A stretch of 63,988 nt of DNA, counting the filler, from Candidatus Huberarchaeum crystalense (GTDB taxonomy: Archaea; Huberarchaeota; Huberarchaeia; Huberarchaeales; Huberarchaeaceae), in assembly GCA_002790315.1 (NCBI GenBank). It is 5 parts of 5 records of this genome, joined end to end, with 100 filler letters (N's around TTAATTAATTAA, not from the genome) between each part and the next. Parts side by side here need not be neighbours in the genome. Positions count along the whole stretch, not along the records: positions 1 to 22,389 come from PFUW01000018.1; positions 22,490 to 47,714 come from PFUW01000028.1; 3 more parts are not named here. One strand, given 5' to 3'. Shown here in pieces: positions 20,249 through 29,468 of this stretch (position 1 is the first letter of the stretch; each line of letters starts with the position of its first letter). The notes under the pieces were generated by a model. That model had not been told where the DNA came from. It ran no database searches and was given only the letters and a program-made list of their open reading frames with translations. The position numbers and the translations under genes were made by a program.

Positions 20249-21069
20249 ACAAACCCTAAAATTTTATAAATCAAATAGTTGTTGAAAATCTCTAATTTTC
20301 TTAGATCATCTGATGAGAATGCAATTATATTCTCTTTGCTAACATCTATGCCTGTATTTTTTAAAGTTGCGTAAATTATTACAAAAGTTCCAGAGCTTTT
20401 GTTTGCCAATTTAATTAATTCTGTGTCTGTCTCGATACTACAGGTTGCGTTGAGATATCTATACTCTCCGTTTGCACAAAAAGATCCAAACTCAAACAAA
20501 GGAATAAGTCCTTCTGACGGATTGTTTTTTTCAGTTATTATATATATTCGCTTCGCGCTTTTTATTCCATCAACAGACAAATTTGCGAAATTTGGCTCAT
20601 TTTTTAGATTAAGCACATCTTGACAATTAGCATAAAGAGTCACATTTTTTTTGTTTAGTGTTAGATTAGATATTTGGTAAATATTAAATTGATTTTTTGT
20701 GTTAAATTGCCAGGGCGTGCCATCTATAATAAAGCTTGCAGAGGTTGCGTTTTCTTTGATCAACTGACATATTGGGGGTTGCTGATCTTGTTGAGCAAAC
20801 AGCAAATAACAACACGCAACAATGCAAATTAGTCCAAATAATCCTAATATAATAAGATTTTCTTTTAAAAAACAAATTAATATAGAGGGTTGGTTTTGTG
20901 GGCAGGGTTTAGTGTTTTGATTTTTTTTATTGATTTGTTGAGATTTGTTTTTTTTATTTTTAACAAGAGTAGGAATATTTTGTTGCAAGATTTCATCTTT
21001 TTTATTTTTAATTTGAAGAGATTTGTTTTTTTGTTTAGGAGATTTTTGTTTTTTCTTTTTGCTAACCAT
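20245..21069 (-). CDS. Hypothetical single-TM protein
   Basis: Basic low-complexity N-terminus, one TM, extracellular domain with sequons. Confidence 0.7.
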   Translation of the reverse strand: MVSKKKKQKSPKQKNKSLQIKNKKDEILQQNIPTLVKNKKNKSQQINKKNQNTKPCPQNQPSILICFLKENLIILGLFGLICIVACCYLLFAQQDQQPPICQLIKENATSASFIIDGTPWQFNTKNQFNIYQISNLTLNKKNVTLYANCQDVLNLKNEPNFANLSVDGIKSAKRIYIITEKNNPSEGLIPLFEFGSFCANGEYRYLNATCSIETDTELIKLANKSSGTFVIIYATLKNTGIDVSKENIIAFSSDDLRKLEIFNNYLIYKILGFV

Positions 21070-21089
21070 AGTATTTTTACAAATATATT

Positions 21090-21506
21090 ATGGTTCAGAT
21101 TAATGTTTCTTACAAAGGCAAAACGCGCGCCTTTAAAATTGAAGGAGAAAATGAAAAAAAGTTATTTAACTCTAAAATTGGCGACAAAATACAGGGTGGT
21201 AGTGTTGTTTCAGATTTGTATGGCTATGAATTGCAAGTTGCTGGAGGCTCAGATAAATCAGGTGTTCCTATGAACAAATCAGTTTTGGGAATTCAGCGAA
21301 AGGGTCTGCTTTTAAATAAAAATACTGTTGGCTATGTTGGGCATGGCGAAAGAAAAGGAACCCGTCGCAGAAAACTCGTAATAGGAACCACTGTTTTTAA
21401 AGGCACTGCTCAAATTAATTGCATTGTAGTTAAAGAAGGTGAAAAGAAATTTGATGAAATTTTTGAAGCAACAAAGCAAGACAATAAAAAAGAGGTAAAG
21501 AAATGA
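21090..21506 (+). CDS. rps6e: 30S ribosomal protein eS6
   Basis: KIGDKI, GYELQVAGGSDKSGVPM, GTRRRKLV.G, AQIN. Confidence 0.93.
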   Translation: MVQINVSYKGKTRAFKIEGENEKKLFNSKIGDKIQGGSVVSDLYGYELQVAGGSDKSGVPMNKSVLGIQRKGLLLNKNTVGYVGHGERKGTRRRKLVIGTTVFKGTAQINCIVVKEGEKKFDEIFEATKQDNKKEVKK

Positions 21507-21573
21507 TATGTGGCGTTTTTGAGAGCAAGATGAATGTTTTTGCTTTTGATAAAACTAAATTAAGGAAAGCAAA

Positions 21574-22062
21574 ATGAGTATCATCTCTTCTTTTGATGCT
21601 TTTATATATATTTTGGTGTTGGTGTTGATCTTAGAGGCAATTACACTTGTTTTGCAATATTTTTTAGTTGATTTTGAAGGTGTTCAAAAGGCAAAGAAAG
21701 AAATTAAAGCACTTCAAGAAAAAGCAAAACAAGCAAGCTCTAAAAAACAAACAGAAATATCTAAACAAGTGCTTATGTCTACTTTTTCAATGATGAAATA
21801 TCAAAAACAATATCTTATTGCATCTTTCATATTGTTTCCTTTATTCTTTTTCTTGCTTCAAAACCCTGTTTTTATGAGCATTTTTTCTAGTATTTTGACT
21901 TTAAATGTTGATTCTATTAGGCAAGTAATTTGTTCAGGAGAAGGATGCATCAGAGGACCGGTGCTTTTTATTTTTGGAGTATCGCTTAGTTGGTTTTGGA
22001 CTTATATTTTGCTTTTTATGGCAGCTTCAATAATAGGATCAAAATTGTTTTTGAAGTATTAA
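21574..22062 (+). CDS. EMC3/TMCO1-like (DUF106, Oxa1 superfamily) membrane insertase
   Basis: TM1, coiled coil, TM2, and a C-terminal SWFWTYIL motif. Confidence 0.78.
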   Translation: MSIISSFDAFIYILVLVLILEAITLVLQYFLVDFEGVQKAKKEIKALQEKAKQASSKKQTEISKQVLMSTFSMMKYQKQYLIASFILFPLFFFLLQNPVFMSIFSSILTLNVDSIRQVICSGEGCIRGPVLFIFGVSLSWFWTYILLFMAASIIGSKLFLKY

Positions 22063-22227
22063 TTAGTTGATTATAGTGTTAGCAACATATTAGATTCTTT
22101 TGTTGTTTTTGAATATTAATTGTAAGGTGTAGGCAAATATGTTTGTTGTTTTTGAATTTGATTATTTTAGAGTTTTAAGGGTTTTAAATTAAACATTATT
22201 AATTACAACAAATTACAACAATAATAT

Positions 22228-22389
22228 ATGGTAGATTTCACAATCTTTTTGCAACCACTTTATCCTGTACTCATTGCTATCTTTTTTATGGCGTTGTTGT
22301 ATGGAGTTTTATCTGCATCTAAAATATTTTCAGCAAGTATTGTTACAAATGCTATACTATCTGCTACTTTTGGTTTGTTGGTTCTTTTA
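22228..22389 (+). CDS. Membrane protein, truncated at scaffold end
   Basis: Hydrophobic ORF (ALLYGVLSASKIF) running into the linker. Confidence 0.6.
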
Positions 22390-22489
22390 NNNNNNNNNNN
22401 NNNNNNNNNNNNNNNNNNNNNNNNNNNNNNNNNTTAATTAATTAANNNNNNNNNNNNNNNNNNNNNNNNNNNNNNNNNNNNNNNNNNNN
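22390..22489. other. Artificial scaffold linker (N44-TTAATTAATTAA-N44)
   Basis: Six-frame stop linker flanked by equal N runs. Confidence 0.97.
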
Positions 22490-22490
22490 A

Positions 22491-23363
22491 CAAAATAGAC
22501 TTCTTAAATATGAAAAAGAAGATGGTAAGGCAGAAAGCTTTTGTAATAATGGTTTGGGGATATTAGGGATATATAAAACTCAGATTGAAAGTATAGAAGA
22601 AATAAAATATAAATTAGATATAATAATATCGCCTTTTCTTGAAAATAAAGAAAATACCTACAACACCTCACTTTTTACACAGACAATAATAAAACCAAAA
22701 GAAAATCTTGATCTTATTCTAATTGAATATTTAGAGATTTATTCTGACTTTGGAAAAGTTATAGAAAGAAATAGGCGATCTATAAAGAAGACACATACAC
22801 AATTAAAGTATTCCTTAGGTATAGAAAAAACTAAATTTGAAAGTAGAAAAAAGGATGTAAACAAATCATTGGTAAAAAGTATAGAGATAATCAGCAGAGA
22901 AGCTATAAATACTACTTATATAACTGTCCTTGATAAAGAAATAGATGATCAAATCAAGGTTATAGGGGAGGTGATAGAAGACAAGGCAAAGATAGATGAA
23001 AAAATAATAAGACGCCTTATTATTATGGCGGAAATAGCGGGAGATGTGTTGAAATTATTATATATTGTGAAAGAGGAGACAAATAAATTAGGTAACCAAG
23101 AAGGAGTAACAGATAGTATTGAATATTGGAATGATAATAAAAAATCTATTTTAGGTAAATATAAAGAGTTAGATAATATTTGGACAGAAGAAAGAGATAT
23201 ATGTTTAGATGAATTAAACAAAATAGATATTACTTTAAACACCAGGTGCAAGAAATGGAAGGGCTATGTAGAATCGACAAAAAAAGAGATGGGCGGGGTG
23301 AGTGGAAAGCTAAAAGAAAATTTAAGTACATTTATTAAATCTTTGGATGAGAAGAAGAAATAA
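22491..23363 (+). CDS. Coiled-coil hypothetical protein, 5'-truncated
   Basis: Frame open from the scaffold edge; K/E/I-rich. Confidence 0.65.
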   Translation, partial: QNRLLKYEKEDGKAESFCNNGLGILGIYKTQIESIEEIKYKLDIIISPFLENKENTYNTSLFTQTIIKPKENLDLILIEYLEIYSDFGKVIERNRRSIKKTHTQLKYSLGIEKTKFESRKKDVNKSLVKSIEIISREAINTTYITVLDKEIDDQIKVIGEVIEDKAKIDEKIIRRLIIMAEIAGDVLKLLYIVKEETNKLGNQEGVTDSIEYWNDNKKSILGKYKELDNIWTEERDICLDELNKIDITLNTRCKKWKGYVESTKKEMGGVSGKLKENLSTFIKSLDEKKK

Positions 23364-23554
23364 TAATATTTTTATATTTGTTTGTTTTGGGGGGTTTTGA
23401 TTTTTGAAAAGGGTTTTAATTGTCAAATCATACCAAGAAAAAATAAAGCATATTTGTTTTTTACAAAGGCAAGATAATAATATATTGTTAAATTGATAAA
23501 CAAATACAAATACACACGATTTAATAAATGTTTTGTTTAATTTTGTTTAATTGA

Positions 23555-23719
23555 CTAGCTAAGCGGGCTTCCTTGCTTAAATCCTAAAAGAAATGCAATA
23601 AGTATAGATAAAACAACTAAAACAGCAAATGCAGTTATATCTTGATTTACCCATATTTCCCAATATTTTACTATTGGAACTTCTGCGAACATGTTGACAA
23701 CAGTATTTCCTTCAACCAT
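23555..23719 (-). CDS. Small single-TM protein (54 aa; not in ORF track)
   Basis: MVEGNTVVNMFAEVPIVKYWEIWVNQDITAFAVLVVLSILIAFLLGFKQGSPLS*; same upstream pattern (AATAATAT-ATG) as other genes. Confidence 0.6.
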   Translation of the reverse strand: MVEGNTVVNMFAEVPIVKYWEIWVNQDITAFAVLVVLSILIAFLLGFKQGSPLS

Positions 23720-23753
23720 ATATTATTTAATAAAGTATTTAAAAACAAACTAC

Positions 23754-24635
23754 TCATATTGTCAAGTGCAAGAATATACATATAAATAGAAGCACAAGAT
23801 CAAAAAGATTGACTATTTTTGGCTGTTTGAAAAATTCTTGGCTGGCTTTTACACCTTTTGCAATGCTTTTGTTTGCTTGTTTATAAACCCCATATTCTTG
23901 TAGTAATATAAATATTCCAACCAGCGAGAGCAAAGCAATTAGAATTAAAGGAGTATTTAATTTAAAAAGAACAACTGCGAGTCCGATTATTCCAAAACCA
24001 GTTATTATGACTCCTAAGGTTGTTGTTTTTTTTACTCCAAATGCGACTGCTGTTGTTTTTATTCCTTGCTTTTTGTCTTCAAAATAATCATCTATGTTGT
24101 TGATTAAGGAGACACCTGTTCGAAAAAGTGAATAGAATATTAACAAAGCAACAAAACCCCAAACAATATTTTCAACCAAAGCAAAATATACAAACATTGG
24201 CGGTAAAATATACACTGAAAGAGACAAAGACACTACATGCAAAATCCCGCGCCCTTTAAATCTCAATGGCTCTACTGAGTAACCGAGCATAAAAAAGCCA
24301 GCAATTCCTCCTAAAATCCACACAACAAAATTAGAACCAAAAAGCACAACAGCACCTGCTGCTATAAAAATAAATTCTGCAACAATTAAGAGTTTTAGAA
24401 ATTTTATTTTCGAAACAGCATCAGAGATGCTTTTTTTTCTTAAATTTGAAATATCTGATTTTGCATCACTATAACTGTTTATCGCGTTTCCAAACGCAAA
24501 AACAAGTAAAACAAAACCGATCACAGCCAGCGAATTTTGCAAAGGTGGGGCTGCCAAAATCACAGGAAATAAAAGAATCACAAAATAAGCAATTAAAAAT
24601 TCAACTCGATGTATTTTTTTTAAAGATTGCAGCAT
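23754..24635 (-). CDS. UbiA-family prenyltransferase
   Basis: Multi-TM, NSYSDAKSD, YSVEPLRFK, NNIDDYFEDKKQGIKTTAV. Confidence 0.88.
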   Translation of the reverse strand: MLQSLKKIHRVEFLIAYFVILLFPVILAAPPLQNSLAVIGFVLLVFAFGNAINSYSDAKSDISNLRKKSISDAVSKIKFLKLLIVAEFIFIAAGAVVLFGSNFVVWILGGIAGFFMLGYSVEPLRFKGRGILHVVSLSLSVYILPPMFVYFALVENIVWGFVALLIFYSLFRTGVSLINNIDDYFEDKKQGIKTTAVAFGVKKTTTLGVIITGFGIIGLAVVLFKLNTPLILIALLSLVGIFILLQEYGVYKQANKSIAKGVKASQEFFKQPKIVNLFDLVLLFICIFLHLTI

Positions 24636-24744
24636 ATTTTGTTTGAAAAATATTTTTTAGTTGTAAAAAATAGTGCAAAAAACAACCACAACAGTTTTAT
24701 TTATAGTGTGTTTAAAATGTTTGATAATCTAACACAAAAAAGAT

Positions 24745-25317
24745 ATGGTTAAATTACGAAGAAATAAGACTACGCGCACTTTAAAACGTGCATACACAAG
24801 AACTGCGCGCAAAGTGGCAGGAAAGTCTTATATTAAAAAAGTTCCAGCTACACAAGTGCATAGATATGAGTTTGGTGATTTAAAAGGCGAAAAAGAATGC
24901 ACAAAAATTGTTTTGTATGTGCGCGATCCGTGCGTGATTAGAACAAATTCAATAGAAGCAGCGAGAAAGGTTATTGTAGGTTTTTTTGACAAAGTATTTT
25001 TGTCTGAAAAAAATAAAGCACATCATCATATAAAAATTTTGAGATATGCTCACCATATTGTTAGACAGCATATTTTCGCAAGTGGTGCTGGTGCTGATAG
25101 GATTTCGCAGGGTATGAGCCATTCTTTTGGAAAGTCAGGCTGTGTTGCTATTAGATTTAAGTCCAAAAACAAGCCACTGATTGCAATATGGATATCTGCT
25201 ACACCAATCCAAGAAGAAAAAATTATAAAAGCTATTAAATGCGTGCGAAAAAAAATTGGCGCGCAAACATATGTGCAAGTTGAGCGTGGATTATTTAAAA
25301 TTGGAGATATACGATGA
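24745..25317 (+). CDS. rpl10e: 50S ribosomal protein uL16 (L10e)
   Basis: RAYTR, IRTNSIEAAR, GAGADRISQGMSHSFGK. Confidence 0.93.
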   Translation: MVKLRRNKTTRTLKRAYTRTARKVAGKSYIKKVPATQVHRYEFGDLKGEKECTKIVLYVRDPCVIRTNSIEAARKVIVGFFDKVFLSEKNKAHHHIKILRYAHHIVRQHIFASGAGADRISQGMSHSFGKSGCVAIRFKSKNKPLIAIWISATPIQEEKIIKAIKCVRKKIGAQTYVQVERGLFKIGDIR

Positions 25318-25381
25318 TATTTATAAACCAAATTTTTTATGATATTTTCACTAATGCGCGCATTTTTGTAGAGATATTTTA

Positions 25382-25978
25382 ATGAATCTGAAAACCAAAG
25401 AGCGAATATTTGCTGTTGCATTGATTCTGACAGGTGTTTTGTTGGGCTTGTTTGCTTACAATTATTTTTTATTACCACAAAATGCAACGCATAATTATGG
25501 AAATATTTCTGTTTCTGTAATTAATGACAGAGATTATTTTGAATCTGTACACGCGCTTTTAGAGAGTGCAAATTCAAGTATTTATTTAATTATGTTTATG
25601 GCTAAATATTATCCAACAAACCCACAGGCAAAGTCAAATAAGTTGTATGAAGACCTAATTCGAGCAAAAAACCGAGGGGTAGATGTGCAGGTTGTTTTAG
25701 AAGGAGGTGGTGATGGTTTTTATAAATCAATCAAAGAAGGCAATACATTAACATTTAATTATTTAAAAAAAAATGGAATTGATGTAAAGTTTGATTGCCC
25801 GAAACAAACGACACACGCAAAACTGTTTGTAGTGGATAGTAGTTGCGTTGTGGTTGGCTCAACAAATTTTGGTATAAGTTCAATAGATAGTAATCACGAG
25901 ATAAATATAATTGTATGCTCATCAGCAGTAGCAGCAACATTTCAAGATTATTTTTTTAGTGTTAAGAATCAGTGTTAA
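25382..25978 (+). CDS. Membrane-anchored phospholipase D-family protein (single HKD)
   Basis: N-terminal TM; RGVDVQV, HAKLFVVD..VGSTN, NHE. Confidence 0.87.
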   Translation: MNLKTKERIFAVALILTGVLLGLFAYNYFLLPQNATHNYGNISVSVINDRDYFESVHALLESANSSIYLIMFMAKYYPTNPQAKSNKLYEDLIRAKNRGVDVQVVLEGGGDGFYKSIKEGNTLTFNYLKKNGIDVKFDCPKQTTHAKLFVVDSSCVVVGSTNFGISSIDSNHEINIIVCSSAVAATFQDYFFSVKNQC

Positions 25979-25996
25979 ATTTTATTATTTTATTTA

Positions 25997-26090
25997 TGTT
26001 CATTTATTAAGTTTGTTCATTTATTAAGTTTGTTCATTTATTAAGTTTGTTCATTTATTAAGTTTGTTCATTTATTAAGTTTGTTCATTT
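25997..26090. repeat. Tandem repeat, 17-bp unit x>=5, cut by N gap
   Basis: TGTTCATTTATTAAGTT repeated. Confidence 0.95.
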
Positions 26091-26149
26091 NNNNNNNNNN
26101 NTTTTATTCTTTTATTTGATGTTTAAAAAAAATATGCATATGCTAATAT

Positions 26150-26222
26150 AGCCCCGTGGTGTAGAGGTCTAGCATTTCGGGCTTTGGACCCGGAGACAAA
26201 GGTTCGAATCCTTTCGGGGCTA
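26150..26222 (+). tRNA. tRNA-Gln(UUG)
   Basis: Acceptor AGCCCCG/CGGGGCT, anticodon loop CTTTGGA, T-loop GGTTCGAATCC; no encoded CCA. Confidence 0.95.
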
Positions 26223-26303
26223 TTCATTATTTGTTTTTACTTTTTAAATATTATTTTTGTTTTATTTTTGTTGTTCCTTTTAAATAACCTGCTCAAATAG
26301 ATT

Positions 26304-27203
26304 ATGGTTGGATCTAAATTAAACAAAAAAGGAGACGTGTCTTTTGACTGGGTAGTTATTATTATTATTTTACTTATTGCATTGTTTTTAGTAGGGTATT
26401 TTATTGTTTCTTTTATTCTTGGACAACAAACTAAGGTTGCTGGGACATCTAATGATTTGATGTATATAGCTTCAATAAATGAAGTGTCAACAAAAATACA
26501 AGCAGCGTGCACCCGTTGGGAAAAGATAGTGTGGAGAACAGACATGGGCGAATATAAAATAAATGTTAAGCCAGTATTTGATGAATATAAATTACCTACT
26601 TATGAGGTAGTCTGCGATGTTATGAGTGGGAAGTATGGAGTAAGTACCGGTACAATTATAGTATCTTTAGATAGAACAACATATAGTTTGTCTTCAAATT
26701 CTACTATCAAGTTAACAAATACAGGCAAGGAACCTATTACAAGCTTAGCTGTATTTTCTTATAATAATTCTAATGCTATATATATTTCTGGTAGAGATGA
26801 GTCGGTTAATCCTATATATTTATCTGATTCAGCTTTAAATATACAAGGAAAGAAACTATTTTTAGAAGGATATTCAATATCAGAAACAAATCCTTTAAAT
26901 AAAGGTGAAAATGTTTATTTTACTATAAGTCCCGAGATAAATTTATTAAATACAACATCTACTGCTGATGACACTTTTTCAGGAGATAGTATTGTTGATT
27001 ATATGAACCAAAAACAATATATTAAAGCAGCAAATGCTTTAAAAAATGAAAAATCTAATTTGTTTGGGGGATTTGATAGCAAGTATCCTTATGCAATTAT
27101 TGATCCTAAATCAGGCGAAATTAATTACTATATTTATATTGCAATGTTGGATAAAAAAACAAATGAATATGTTCCTATAAAAACAATAGAGATGAAGAAA
27201 TAA
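26304..27203 (+). CDS. Class III signal peptide (type IV pilin-like) protein
   Basis: MVGSKLNKKG/DVSFDWVVIIIILLIALF: basic leader, Gly at -1, hydrophobic helix. Confidence 0.65.
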   Translation: MVGSKLNKKGDVSFDWVVIIIILLIALFLVGYFIVSFILGQQTKVAGTSNDLMYIASINEVSTKIQAACTRWEKIVWRTDMGEYKINVKPVFDEYKLPTYEVVCDVMSGKYGVSTGTIIVSLDRTTYSLSSNSTIKLTNTGKEPITSLAVFSYNNSNAIYISGRDESVNPIYLSDSALNIQGKKLFLEGYSISETNPLNKGENVYFTISPEINLLNTTSTADDTFSGDSIVDYMNQKQYIKAANALKNEKSNLFGGFDSKYPYAIIDPKSGEINYYIYIAMLDKKTNEYVPIKTIEMKK

Positions 27204-27207
27204 AAAT

Positions 27208-27373
27208 CAATATTTTTGTTTTCTTTGCTCTGGTTTTCAGTGTTTTGTATATGGTGTATTATAAAATCCCAAATATTTAATTTAGCTGACTAAGATGTGT
27301 TTTGTATATGGTGTATTATAAAATCCCAAATNNNNNNNNNNNNNNNTACTATTTAAAACCTCAAGTATTTAAT
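27208..27373 (+). repeat. Inverted copy of the 3' end and downstream region of gene 36438-37112
   Basis: Reverse complement of ~36362-36508; contains an internal 57-bp duplication and an N gap. Confidence 0.9.
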
Positions 27374-27478
27374 TTATCTAAAATATATTTATTCTAACAT
27401 CTTATGTTATTTCTCACAATAACTATCAAATTTAACCAATTATATAGCCACTTTACTATAAAACACACCATAAATTAA

Positions 27479-28063
27479 TCAAAAATCAATAGAAGAAATA
27501 ATATAATTATCAAACAGCAAAGTATTTCTAAACAATGCATTAGAATCTATTTTATCTGATGCCAACAAAATTCTAAGTTCAAAAGTCATATCTATAACAT
27601 CTTCACCTCTCCAAGGAATGTGTTGCCCAACTATTTTACAGATTAGTAGAGGTATTTTTTTTTGTAAAAGAAATTGTTCGCCAAATTCTGCGTGCCTAAT
27701 TGTGTTGTCAATGACTATTACTTTATTTTTTCCTTTAATATAAGCATAGTCATAAATTTTCATAATGTCGTGAAGCAAACAACTAGCCACAAGATAATCT
27801 ATATTAATGTCCTCATTGTAAATTTCTTTGAGTGTTATGGCAATTTCTAAAGACAGTGTAGTAACAGTAAAAAGATGATCAACTAATCCTCCGCGATAAG
27901 TGTGATGCCATGGTCCGCCAGGGCAATCTTCAAGTGAAACAGGCTCATTAGGGTAGTTATTGTTTTGTGGATTTTTGAGTATATTGACTACTTGCGCGCG
28001 CAACTTTTTGTTCTTAATGTGAGCAGTTAATTTTATTAAATCTTTGAATATTTTTAAAGACAT
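27479..28063 (-). CDS. HD-domain hydrolase (YhaM/HDIG-like)
   Basis: HHTYRGGLVDH, LLHDIMK, HAEFG, SDKID. Confidence 0.85.
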   Translation of the reverse strand: MSLKIFKDLIKLTAHIKNKKLRAQVVNILKNPQNNNYPNEPVSLEDCPGGPWHHTYRGGLVDHLFTVTTLSLEIAITLKEIYNEDINIDYLVASCLLHDIMKIYDYAYIKGKNKVIVIDNTIRHAEFGEQFLLQKKIPLLICKIVGQHIPWRGEDVIDMTFELRILLASDKIDSNALFRNTLLFDNYIISSIDF

Positions 28064-28080
28064 ATCTTTTTTTATTTATT

Positions 28081-29100
28081 TTATTCCCAAACACCATCAA
28101 GCTTTTCGCTGCAAAACGCGCACTTTCCATCTTTAACAAAATCTTTGTTAACAGAAAAATTCGTTCTGGTAATGAGCCTTTTTCCGCACTTTTGACAAAA
28201 AGTGTATTTTTGCTGAATAATATTTCCTACGTAAATATAAATCAAGCCCATTTCTTTGCCTATTTTAATTGCTTTTTCAATATCTGATATTGTTGTTGGT
28301 TTGTGATTCATCATTTTATAGCAAGGGTAAAATGCAAGAATATGCCAAGGAATCTTTTTGTCAATTGAAGCAAGTGCTGCTGCAATTTTTCTAATTTGCT
28401 TTTCATTATTATTTTCACCCAGAATAAGCAAGGTCTCAACTTCAACCCATTTTCCTGCTTGTCGCAAAATCTTAATATTTTTCAAGACAATCTCAAAAGC
28501 ATCTTTTTTTACTCCAACAATTTGTTCATAAAAAGATTCATCTCCTTTTAAATCAATGCTAAATCCATCAATCCAAGAAAAATTAACAGCATCTAAATTC
28601 ATAAATCCATTGGTCACAAAAACATTTTTTAGACCTTTGACTTTGGCTAATTTTCCAATTTTTTCAAAATACTCCCAAGCAATTGTTGGTTCAGTATATG
28701 TATATGCAATGACTTTGCAATCGCTTTTTTTTGCATCATCAATTATTTTATCTGGCGACACATCTTGACAACGCAAATATCTATTAAGCACTTCATCTCG
28801 GATGTTAGATATTTGTGAAATTTCCCAATTTTGGCAATATTTACAGGAAAAATTGCATCCAAAAACACCAATTGAAAAAGCATGGGTCCCAGGCAAAAAA
28901 TGAAAAAAAGGCTTTTTCTCAATTGGATCAACACAGACACTCGCAATATGAGCATCTAAAAATAGCGCGCCATTCTCATTCAAGCGAACACCACAACGGC
29001 CTTTTTTTCCTTCTGCAATCGTGCAATTATTGTGACAAAGTATACACACAACTTCTTTGTTTTTTTTGTTTCCAATTTTCCAATATTTTGTTTTTAACAT
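28081..29100 (-). CDS. AmmeMemoRadiSam system radical SAM enzyme
   Basis: CILCHNNC..CGVR, DPIEKKPFFHF, GCNFSCKYCQNWEISQ, YTYTEP, YIYVGN. Confidence 0.93.
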   Translation of the reverse strand: MLKTKYWKIGNKKNKEVVCILCHNNCTIAEGKKGRCGVRLNENGALFLDAHIASVCVDPIEKKPFFHFLPGTHAFSIGVFGCNFSCKYCQNWEISQISNIRDEVLNRYLRCQDVSPDKIIDDAKKSDCKVIAYTYTEPTIAWEYFEKIGKLAKVKGLKNVFVTNGFMNLDAVNFSWIDGFSIDLKGDESFYEQIVGVKKDAFEIVLKNIKILRQAGKWVEVETLLILGENNNEKQIRKIAAALASIDKKIPWHILAFYPCYKMMNHKPTTISDIEKAIKIGKEMGLIYIYVGNIIQQKYTFCQKCGKRLITRTNFSVNKDFVKDGKCAFCSEKLDGVWE

Positions 29101-29122
29101 ATTATTTTTGCACTAAAAACAT

Positions 29123-29466
29123 ATAGTTGAGCGCGAGGTTTTAGATAGAACAATTTTAGACAATTTTGTCATTGATTTTGTAAAAATTTTAGATAAGCAT
29201 AAGTCAAATATATTATTGTATCTGGTTTTGTTGCGATTGCACATGGCCGCGCAAGAGGAACAATAGACATTGACTTAATTATGGAAAAAATGAGCAAAAC
29301 AAAATTTACAAAAGTATTTAATAAAATATTAGAACAAGGATTTATATGTATGCAATCCTCTAACCCAAATATTGTATATTTTGAATATTTGCTTCAAAAA
29401 CTTAGCGTTCGATTTTATAGAAAAAATTCATTTATTCCTGAGATAGAAATAAAATTAAAAAGTTGA
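29123..29466 (+). pseudogene. Degraded nucleotidyltransferase-fold gene
   Basis: ATA-VEREVLDRTILDNFVIDFVKILDKH, frameshift near 29202, then VKYIIVSGFVAIAHGRARGTIDIDLI (G..DxD NTase motif); no ATG at the expected start; short C-terminus. Confidence 0.7.
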
Positions 29467-29468
29467 TG

